From Cyanophora paradoxa CCMP329 (lineage: Eukaryota > Plantae > Glaucophyta): a stretch of DNA of 64,000 nucleotides. The notes under the pieces were generated by a model that saw only the letters and a program-made list of their open reading frames with translations, ran no database searches and had not been told where the DNA came from. Shown here piece after piece: positions 21,201 to 30,612 of the stretch. Each line of letters starts with the position of its first letter. The first letter of the stretch is position 1. The DNA is taken from positions 62,001 to 126,000 of the forward strand of contig QPMI01000040.1 of the NCBI GenBank assembly GCA_004431415.1, written 5' to 3'. Position numbers and translations under genes: made by a program.

Positions 21201-24200
21201 TTCTTCCTTCCTCTTCTTTCGTGCTTTATTTTTTTCTTGTCGACTGCTCATCTCTCTTCTTCTGGAGCAGGCCCGCGCCGAGGTCAAGTTCACGGCGAAC
21301 AGCATGATGGCGAGCAGCCTTTTCTTCTCTTCTCTCTTTTCCCACGGCTCAGTCTCACTCAAACACATTCTCTCTTTGCAGGTGCGGTTCCACTCGCCGC
21401 AGACGATCCAGTCGGTGGTCTTCCAGGCACACGACATCCGCCGCGCCCGCATGCTCAAGACCCTAACGCTCTACTACTCCAACAAGGTCTTTACTTTCGC
21501 CGCCCTCGAGCTCCGCTTCGGTTTGTTTGTTTGCTCGTGTCCGAGCCCCCTCAGGTGGTCTCGGACCTCGCGGAGCTCAAGAACAAGTGGCGGCTGTGGC
21601 GCAAGGCGAAGACGGCGCACCTGATGCCGGGCCAGGCCGAGCTGCGCATCCCCTTCGCCATCCCCATCACGGCGACAGCCCTGCTCTTCGAGTACTCCGC
21701 CCTGCACGAGAACCCGGGGGCGCTGGCGCAGGAGAAGCTGCAGTGCCCGCGCTGCTCGCGGGCGGTGACGGACAAGCACGGGATCTGCCGGCACTGCCAC
21801 GAGAACGCGTACCAGTGCCGGCAGTGCCGCAACATCAACTACGAGCAGCTGGATGCCTTCATCTGCAACGAGTGCGGCTTCTGCAAGTACGGCCGCTTCG
21901 AGGTCGCTGTCGTCGCGAAGCCGTCGCTGGCCTGCGAGCGCGTCGAGACGGAGGAGGACCGTAAGGCGGCGCTGGCGACGATCGACCGGGAGGCCGACAA
22001 CGCGCACCGCCGCTACGCGCAGCTCTCCAGCTTCAAGCGGCCCCTGGTCAAGCTCGTCACCAACTTCGGCGACCTTGACTCGCTCACCATCACCGCCGTC
22101 CCCGCCTCCAGCGGCGCCGCAGCCGCCGGCGCCTCCTCCTCGGGGCCCGAGCGCGCCTCGTCCTCGGCGGAGCGGACGGGGGCCTTCGTCGCCTCGTCGG
22201 AGATGGAGCAGCTGCTGGCGAACGCGCCGGGCTCCAACTTCAAGACGAACCGCAAGATCGCTATCCTGGGCATGCTCTACGGCAAGGAGTGCAAGGGCGC
22301 ATTCGACTCGCTCGCCAAGTCCGTCCAGGCCCTCATGGGCACCCGCCGCGAGCTCCTGCGGTACATGCGGCTCGCCCCGCGGCAGCTCGGCGACGACCAG
22401 GCGCTCGAGCAGGGGCCGCCCCTCAGCCGCGAGTCCTCCGTCGCCAGCACCGCCCCCGCCGGCTCCGTCCCGCTCACGCCCTCGGCCCGCACCGCGGCGG
22501 TCGCGGCCGCCGAGGCCTACGCGGCGGCCCAGGAGGCGGCGGCGGCGGCCGCCGCCGCCGCCGCCGCCGGCGGGGCGCCGCCGGAGAACCGCTGCGTCGG
22601 CTGCGCGACGGCCTTCGTGGCGCACTGCGTCGAGGTCCTGGAGCTCCTCTCGCGGCGCCCGCAGCTGCGGCCGGCCCTCGCGCAGCGCAACCTCCTCCAG
22701 CAGCTCTACACCTCGACGCTCCAGTTCGGCGCGCGCCAGACGCGCGTGCAGTCCCGCAAGATCATCTGCCGCCTCTGCTCCGACAACCCGGAGGCATCCG
22801 CCTCGCTGCTGGCGCTCCTTAAGGAGAAGGTCGAGTTCTGCATCGGGCACTACCGCACCCTCGACCTCGGCACCTCCGTCCACGCCGAGATGCAGGTGCC
22901 GCCGGCCTTTCCGCGCGCTCTCTTTTAATCCCTCGAGGCCGACCGACCGAGCCCCGCGCCGCGCCGCGCCGCAGCTGCTCGCGGAGATGTGCGTGCTGGA
23001 CGACTCGCCGGCGCTGTGGGAGGAGCGGCTGCGCCTGCTGCTGCACCTCTTCTTCCGCGCCTCGCGCTCCGCTTCGGCCAGCCCCGTCATCTCCGACCAC
23101 GTCGTCCTCCCCTGCCTCCGCGTCATCGTCCACATCTGCCGCCCGCCGCCCCCGCCCCCGCCGGGGCCCCCGCCCCCGCCGCCCCCCGCCCCGCCCGCCC
23201 CGGAGCCCGCGGCGGCGGCCGCGGAGGAGCCGCCGAAGGAGGGCGAGGCTCCCGTCTCGCAGCTGCGGCAGCTCTCGTCGGAGACGTGGCCCACGATCGG
23301 CTACGCCAAGTGGTCCAAGGGCGACGCCTCCTACGTCGCATGGGCGGCCCTCAACCAGTCGCTCCCGGCCGCTCCGCCGCCGGGCGAGGCGCCGGCCTCG
23401 CCCAAGGCACCGCCGGGCCCCGCCGAGCTGGCGAAGAAGTACGGCGGGCGCTGGATGCGCCTCGCGGGGATCGTCCCGCAGGCCGGCGCCGCGGCGCGCG
23501 TCCCGCTGGGGGCCTTCCTGGGCGGCGGCTCCTGGATCCGGAGCCTCCTGCTGTGCGGCTCGAGCGCCGAGATCCGCCGCGAGGCCTGCGCTCTGGTCGA
23601 GGTCCTCTGCGCCGGCTCCGAGGCCCGTACCCTCCGGTGCGCCTGCCCGCTCGGGATCGACGGCCGCGCCCGGCGCCTTTCATCTCATTTATTATTTCGG
23701 TCTTAGGTTCCTGGACCTGCTGACGCGCATGCTGGCGGACGCGGGCCGCGCCGGCGAGACGGCCGACGAGTTCCTCGAGCTCTACCGCCGCCTCCTCGGC
23801 CCCGAGGCGCGCCCGCGCGCGCGCGCGTGCCCGAGCCGCGCCGCGGGCCGGGTTCGAGCGACGCCCCTGACGCGGCTGCCTGCCTGCGCCCGGGCGCAGG
23901 ACCGGAAGCTGTACCTGACGCAGCGGGGCTTCCTGGCGCACGTCACGCGCCTCATCCTCGACGAGGTGCCCAGAGACCGCGCAAAGCACAGGAAACAATA
24001 AGTTCCGACGCCCGCCGCGCAGGTGGCGCGCATCGCGCAGCTGGAGGGCCTCTGCACGACGGACATCGCACAGGGCCACGTCCTCAAGGCGAGCCCCCCG
24101 CTCAGATCAGATCTGAGCCGATCCGAGCTGAGCTGATGCGGGCCGCGCGCAGGCGCTGGTGGAGCTGCTGGGGGCCTTCCTGGGCGTGCCGCCCGTGCGG

Positions 24201-25945
24201 GAGAAGCTGCGGCGGGACGGCCACGTCGCCGCCCTCCTCGACGCCTTCCTCACCATGAAGGTCCGTCCTAGCTGATTTTCATTCCATTTCCGGGCGCCTT
24301 CTTAGCTGTTTTTCGTTTCTGCAGGGCCTCGTGGTGCAGAAGACGAAGCTGACAGAGGAGTGCGCGGGGACGATGCTCTCGCTCCTGCGCGCCACGCACG
24401 ACGGCTCCGCCTCGGACCGCCAGGCGAGCCGCCCCGGCGAATCCTAGGGCGGGGCGACGTCGAGCCGCCCCGGGGGCTGATCGATCCGCGCCGCGCAGGG
24501 CTTCGTGTCGGCGTGCGTGCGGGCGCTGGACCGGCGGCGCGGGGACGAGCGCGCGCGGGTCGTGCTCTACGAGCAGCTCGTGGACGTCATTTGCCCCTTC
24601 AAGCCCGACCCCGTCTACCAGCTCGTCCTCAACAAGGCCCGCCCCGCCGCCCGCCCGCGCCCGCCCCACCACGCTCTGACTGCGGCGCGCGCGCGAGCAG
24701 AGCCCGACGCAGGAGGAGTTCATCCGGGGCTCCATGACGAAGAACCCGTACTCATCCTCCGACATGCCTGGGCCCCTCATGCGCCACGTCAAGAACCGCA
24801 TCTGGTCCGCCCCTGCCCCCGCCCCCGCCCCCGCCCTCTTCTCACTGACGGAGGGGCAGCCGGGACCTGGACCTCTCGGCGCTGATCGAGGACGACAACG
24901 GGATGGAGCTGCTCGTGGCCGGCCAGATCGTCCGCCTTGACCTCTCCATCCGCCAGGCCCGTCGCCCCCGCCTCTCCGCTTCGCCGGTTCTGAGAGGGGC
25001 GGCGCCGGGGTACGTGCAGGTGTACGAGCAGGTCTGGCGGCGCTCGCTGGGGGGCGACCAGGCCGGTGACGGCCCGCCCATGGTCGTCACCTACCGCCTC
25101 CAGGCGCGCCTCTCGGCCTCTCCCCTCCATTCCTTCGCCCGCTGAGGGCGCGGGCAGGGCCTGGACGGTGAGGCTACAGAGCCGATCGTGGACGCGCTGG
25201 AGGACACGGCGGGGCCGGAGCGGGACCCCGAGGAGGAGTTCGCCGCCGCCGCCGTCATGGCCCCCTCCGGCGGCCTCGACGCCCTCCTCGCCCAGGCACG
25301 CGCACCCCTCTCCCCCTTCTGAGCCCAGCTCAGCTGATCTGAACTCATCTGAGCTTAGATCCGGTCCTTCCGGACGCTGGACGTGAACGCCGACCTCGTC
25401 GCTCTCGTCCTGCGCCTCGCCCGCCACTGCGCCCTCCTCGCCGCCAACCGCGCCCGCGTGCGCCCCGCCCCGCCGGCCCTCCCCTCCCCCGCGCCGCCTC
25501 AGACGCCTCAGATGCTGGCGCTGGGCGGGGTACGCGTGCTCCTCGACGTGCTCCGCCTGGCCTTCGCGGACGAGCGCCACGCCGACGAGGTCCGGCGCGG
25601 CCGCGGCCCAGAGGCGACCCGGCCCCGTCTGATCTCCGGCGCCTCCGTCCCGCTCCGCAGGCCGAGGCGCTGCTGCTGACGCTGGAGAGCCTGGTGGAGG
25701 CGGCGACGGCGGCGGCGGTGGCGCCGGACGCGGCGGCGGCGGCCTCGGGCGGCGACCGCGAGCGCCTCAGCGACGCGGCGGTCGTCTCCCAGCTCCGCAT
25801 GTTCCTCGAGAAGGCCCGCCCGCCCGCCCTCCGTGCGCGTTCTCGGCGCCGGCTGACGGCGGCGGCCGGCAGCTCACGAGCCCGCTGGTCAAGACACACC
25901 GCCGCGTCGCTACGACCATGACCCGCGTCCTGCAGGCGCGCCCCG

Positions 25946-25984
<39 letters not shown>

Positions 25985-28366
25985 TCACAGCGGCCGCCGC
26001 GCAGTTCCTGACGTACGGGCGGGCGCCGGCGATGGAGCTGATCGCCGACTACTTCGCGCCGCACCTCGACTGGGAGGCGCTCGCGGGGCCGCTCCGCTCC
26101 GACGCGCAGGCGCGCCTCCTCGTCGAGTGTGCCGTCAAGTTCGCCGACGCCATCCGGGTACCCCCCCGCCCGCCCCCTCCCCCCTTTTCTTCGCCGCGGC
26201 TCACGGTCCCGCGCCCCGCCGCGCCGCAGGACGACGCGAACGGGCAGCGGCTGAAGGACCTGATCCTGGCGCGGGGCGTCCCCGGCCGCGCCGCCGCCTT
26301 CCTCGCCGCCACCGTACCCCCCCGCAAGTTCACGGAAGGCGACGCCGAGTGGGCGGCGGCGCTGGCCTCGCCGGCGCTGCCCTCGGCGCTGCTGCTCCTC
26401 ACGGGCCTCTGCCGCGGGCATCCGGCCACGCAGCGCGTCCTCCTCGAGACGAACGTCCTGCCGCTATGCCACTTCCTCGAGCAGGTGCGCGGGGCGCGCG
26501 CCGGGGCCCGCGCCGCGCCGCGCCGGCCGCTGAGGGGCCGGCCGCCGCCGCAGATCACGCAGGGCGGGAGCAAGGTGGGGATCCAGGCGGAGAACCTGCT
26601 GGAGGCGGCGGCCGGCGGGGAGGGCGGGGGGGAGGCCGACGCTGGCGTGCGCGAGGCGGTGCGGGCGCTGCGGGAGGCGACGCGGCGCGAGAAGCGCAAA
26701 CTCGCCCTCGCCAAGCGCGAGAAGCTCCTCGCCGACCTCGGCATGCGCCTTGACGCCGGCGGCGAGTCCGGCGCCGGCGGCGGCGGCGGCGGCGAGGCCG
26801 GCGGGGCGGCGGCGCCCGAGGCCGGCCCCTCGGGCGGTGCCGGGGGCGGGCGCATCGTGGCGAGCCGGGTGCCGGGGGCGCTGGCCGGGGCCGGCGGCCT
26901 GGAGGCCATCGACGCGGCGGAGGAGGCCGGCCGGGTACGCTGCATGGTCTGCCGCGAGGGGTACGCCTACAAGCCCCGCGAGCCGATGGGCGCCTACGTC
27001 TACCTCCGCCGCGTGCCCGTCGGGGAGGCGCCCCGCGGGCGCCGGGCGTGGCGCCGGGGAGCCCGTGGGGGCGGGCGGGGCGGCTCGGGGCCGGGCGAGG
27101 CCGGCGTGGCCAGCTCGTCGCACTTCAACACGATCCACTTCGCCTGCCACCGCGACGCCACCCGCGCCGAGCGCTCCCTCAAGGCCCGCCCCGCCCGCCC
27201 CGCCCCGCCCGCCCCGCCCCGCCCCGGCGCCGTTCTGACGCGGCGGGGCAGGTCCCCGCGAGGAATGGGACGGGGCGACGCTGCGGAACAACCAGACGCG
27301 CTGCAACAACCTGTACCCCCTCGCCGGCCCGCTCGTCCCGCGGACGCCTACGCGCAGGCGACGGACCGCTTCTGGCAGCAGGCGGCGGCCGCGCTGGGGC
27401 GGCTCGAGTGCGGCGCGCCGGCGGCCCGCCTGCGGCTCGCGCTGCACGACGCGCGGCTCCTCCTCGCGAGGCTCGCCCACCGCGAGGCCTTCGCCGGCGA
27501 GGGAGAGACGCTGCGGGGGACGCGCGAGTCGAACCTGTGCCTCCTGCCCCACATCCTCTACGCCGCCGCCGCCGCCCTCGACGCCGCCGGCCCGCCACCC
27601 GCGCCGCCCTCGCCGCCGCCCTCGCCGCCTTTGCCCAGTCCGGCCCCGCCGCCGCCGTCTCCGCTGCCGCCGGCGCCGGCATCGCCTCGCCCGGCGGCGG
27701 CGGCGGCGCGGCGGGCGCCACGGCGGGCGCCGAGGCGATCGCTGCGGACTTCGGCGCGGATGGCGGCGCGCACCTCGCGCTCGTCGCCGCCGTCCTCCTC
27801 CTCCCCCCCGCCGAGTGGCGCGCCCGCCGCCTCGCCCTCCTCCGCCGCGCCCTCGCCGCCGGCGCCCGCCACGGGCCCCGCTACGGCGCCCCGCCCGCCT
27901 CCGCTTCCTCCTCCTCCTCCTCCTCCTCCTCCCGCGCCGCCCCGCCCTCCCCCGGCCCCTCTTCCTCCTCCGCCCCCGCCGCGCCCGCGGCGGACTGGGG
28001 CGTGGCGGCGTCCGCCGCCTTCTTCGGTCTGGCGTGCCTCGTCCGGCGCGAGTTCGGGGCCCCGGCGGGGAGCGAGGCGGCCGGCGACGGCGACGCGGTG
28101 GCGGCGCTGTGCGAGCGCGTGCGCGCCGACGAGCGGCCCGTCCTCGCCTCCTCGCGCCGCATCGCCGAGGCCTACGCCGCCGCCTGCGCCGCCGCCGCCC
28201 CGCCCGCCGGCCCGCCGCCCTCCTCGCCGCCCTCTTCCCCGGTCCGCCCGCCCCCTCCAGATCGCTCGCCGGCGCGCTGACGCTCGCTCGCGCAGAGGCG
28301 GCGGAGGAGGCGGCGGCGGAGGGCGGCCTGGAGGCCCTCGTCGAGCGCGCCGCCGGCGACCGCTGA
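6279..28366 (+). CDS. UBR4: Giant E3 ubiquitin ligase UBR4 / plant BIG (calossin) orthologue, about 50 short introns
   Basis: Domain order matches the family: UBR box, propeller region (WVPQSQVHLAVVTNRFVKVYDLSRD), DOC-like region (FPVDFFE...RCYDIPFTDDE), ZZ finger, Cys-rich region (YYLESEPCLVCN...LQCPRC...ENAYQCRQCRNINY...FICNECGFCKYGRF), then the C-terminal QEEFIRGSMTKNPYSS...GPLMRHVKNRIC RDLDL...MELLVAGQIVRLDL and hemiRING. Start inferred at 6279 (MERTVDPVA|NFLEQL); stop TGA at 28364-28366. A few 1-bp frame slips in C/G runs are probably sequence errors. Confidence 0.95.
14298..14550 (+). other. UBR-box zinc finger of UBR4, split by one intron
   Basis: CTYSATGNKFTEQHWYFCYTCGLTVSEGCCSVCVK | [22 protein letters not shown]. 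Confidence 0.95.
18131..18570 (+). other. ZZ-type zinc finger followed by a UIM-like motif
   Basis: [42 protein letters not shown], then DDEELRVALALSL. Confidence 0.85.
20751..21075. repeat. Intronic minisatellite, about 60-80 bp unit, 3 clear plus 1-2 degenerate copies, with (CT)n
   Basis: Repeated unit tccacgcccgagagaacc...agagtctctctctc...cgccctctc.tcttcttcgcttggggcgcc inside the about 350-nt intron 20743-21094. Confidence 0.8.
26941..27318 (+). other. UBR4 hemiRING zinc-binding module
   Basis: CMVCREGYAYKPREPMGAYVY...SSHFNTIHFACHRDATRAER | ...EEWDGATLRNNQTRCNNLYP. Confidence 0.9.
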
Positions 28367-28905
28367 GGGGGCGCGCGCGGACCGAACTGTAGCGGTATCT
28401 TGCATCGGTCGTGTAGGTACCGGTAGAAGAATCATACGTAGGAACGGGTAAGGTAGAACGTGAATTCAAAAGTATTGATGATGAAATGGAAATTTTCTCT
28501 TGACACTCGAAGGAAAAAGGCCCCGGCGCGATCCGAGCCCGGGGCGGGCGGGCGTAGTGAACATAGTGCCAAAATGTCGCCCCGGAAACAGCGTTTTCAG
28601 AAGGATCGGAAGGGAGCGCGCCCGGGCAGGCCTGACGGGCGGTCCCGGGGCGGACCTTCTCCGCGAGATCTAGAGCTGCTTGCGCTGCAGCTGGGCCCGC
28701 GGCCGTCCGCGCGCGCGCGCGGAGATCTAGAACATGTATCCCTGTCCGTCGCCTTTAAAGATTTCGAATTCAGCGGTACGGGTGCGCATGCGCATGTACA
28801 TGTCTCGCGCGCCGCGGCCGGCGCGCATGGGCGCGCGCCAATTCGTCTTTTTTTCCCCGGTCGTCCCCCCTGCGCTTCTCCCCCCCCGTTCATTCCCCCC
28901 GAATT

Positions 28906-28925
28906 GTTAGCCACCGGTGGCTAAC
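28906..28925. other. Perfect 20-bp palindrome, present in each complete array unit
   Basis: GTTAGCCACCGGTGGCTAAC equals its own reverse complement. Confidence 0.9.
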
Positions 28926-29029
28926 TTGCGATCGAAGGGTACAGGGTTCGGCCTCCTGAAATTGATCTCATAGAAGAACGAGCTCTCTGTCTCTCTCGAT
29001 CTGGCGCGCTCTACGCAGTCTAGGCGCCA

Positions 29030-30612
29030 CTAATGGCGAGCTGCGGGGTCTACGAATGAGGGGACGGGGCCGGAGGCGAGGCGGAGGGTGGCGGCGGAGG
29101 GCGCCGCCGGCGGCGGCTCCAAGGCTCGGTCAGGGCCGCCGCGAGACCCTCTCACGGGACGGCGCCCCGCGCCGCCCACCAGCAGCGACGCCCGCAGCGC
29201 AGGCTCCAGCGGGGCCGGCGGCGGCGCTAGGGCGAGGTCGAGGAGGGCGGGGACTCGCCGGGGAGGGCGCCGGCTAGGGCGGCAGGCCGGCGGCCTCGAG
29301 CTCCAGGCGGCGCTGCTCCTTCGAGAGCGCCGACGAGGCTGGACGCCGCCGAGCCGAGCCCGGCACCCTGCTCCGGGCGGCGTGGCGGGAGAGGAGGGCC
29401 GCGAGGGGCCGCGCGACGCCGCTGCCGGCCGAGCTGCAGGGGACGCTGCAGCGGCGGAGGGCGGCGACACGCCAGGCTCCGGAAGGCGCTGCTGCAGACT
29501 CTGAGAGGAAAGCGAAGAATCGCGATTAGATGGCGTTCACGGACTCGTAGCCAGAGCAGCGTACCGTGCTGCGCCGGGGTGTAGCTGCGCCGCCTGGGCG
29601 CGGTCGGTTGGAGGATCTGCCCGCAACTGCCGTAACTGCCGTAACTGCCGCCATGCCGTAACTGCCGTAACTGCCGCCAGCGCCGCGCGTCCGATCGCTT
29701 CCGCGTGAGCCACCGCTGCGCGCTTTGGAGTGAGGCGGGCGCGCTAAGCGGCCGGGCCTTGACGACGCACGGAATTCAGGTAGCTATAGCGCGCGTCGGG
29801 CGACGGGCTGCGAAAGTTGCGTGGCACCGGCGCCGCTGGGCCGCAGTGGGCGCCCGCTCCGGAGGGCGCCGCCATCGCCGTCGCTGCTGACCCGCACCGG
29901 CGGCAACATCGCCGCGCCTCGATTGCCGCTGCCCACCGGCACCGATTCAAGCAGGAATGGACAGCTGCGGTCTTCGGCCCCACGCTTCCCGCGCTGCCGA
30001 TCCATTCTTGATGCGAGACCCCGAGCCCGAAAAGCTGCGCTGGCATCTTGATTCTGGACCGATCTGTGGGGCTTCAGCGTGATAGAAAGCGGGTCTCTCA
30101 GCGTTCGCACCGGATGCGCGGCTGCTTGCCGACTCCTGGACATCTTGCGGCCATCGCTTCCAGCCATTGCCGTTGCTTCCGCCGCCTGGCTGTGCGGCGC
30201 GGGCCGTCTGGCTGTCCGCCCGCTCGCTTTGGAGCGAGATCTTGTCATCTTGCCCGCTGTGCAGCCCGGGGTACAGCCCGCTGTGCAGGCTCCTTCTGAT
30301 CACGGCTTCAGCGATGCTTCTCTGCGATTTGGTACGCTCGCGTTCCTTCTCACTCGGCTCCTGTACCGCTCTGATCGCCGAGGCTCGCAGAGCTCGCTTC
30401 GCCTCGCGCGCGGCGCCGGCACATGTTCAACCGAAACACGCGCGCGCGAGCGGGGGCTCGCGCCCGTCGGATCGCACACCATCGCCCTCGCTTGCGACTC
30501 TGCCGCATCATCGGAGAGCCCGCGGTGCCCGCGCCCGCCGAGCTCGAGGCCCGTCGACCCGTCGCGGCGCCGGCGCCGGCGGCGCGGTGCGGGAGGAGGG
30601 CGCGCGGTGCGG
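29030..30612 (-). pseudogene. 5'-truncated, spliced, low-complexity gene fragment convergent with UBR4, repeated in each unit
   Basis: Host-type introns on the minus strand at 30110-30064 (gtgcga...ctgaa...cag) and 29564-29501 (gtacgc...ctaat...cag) link open frames such as SIAEAVIRRSLHSGLYPG..., MPAQLFGLGVSHQEWIGS... and SLQQRLPEPGVSPPS...FVDPAARH*. No recognisable domain. Confidence 0.4.
29625..29676. repeat. 9-bp microsatellite (AACTGCCGT)n, interrupted; present in each complete unit
   Basis: aactgccgtaactgccgtaactgccgccatgccgtaactgccgtaactgccg. Confidence 0.9.

Noticed and set aside
24101-24117. CTCAGATC-A-GATCTGAG hairpin and similar GATCT/GAGCT pentamer runs near 25320-25357
   Set aside because: Short low-complexity intronic sequence with no evidence of a family or function.
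8290-27620. Frame changes without introns in UBR4 (about 8330, 11100, 13570, 14000, 14690, 16650 and 27250-27600) read as pseudogenisation or programmed frameshifting
   Set aside because: They fall in or next to C/G runs, and equivalent 1-bp losses vary randomly between array copies, which is typical of long-read consensus error.
28521-28560. Hairpin GCCCCGG...CCGGGGC followed by CGTAGT as a Helitron end defining the array unit
   Set aside because: The terminus is GTAG rather than CTRR and the loop is long, so it is too weak to call the array a Helitron.
28460-28924. 154-aa plus-strand ORF (MNSKVLMMKWKF...) repeated in several units
   Set aside because: It overlaps the UBR4 3' flank, crosses the 28562 breakpoint, has no recognisable domain and recurs only because of the duplication.
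29020-29036. CCACTAATG as the inverted-repeat partner of CATAGTGCC at 28562
   Set aside because: Only a short gapped match that does not extend, and no target-site duplication.
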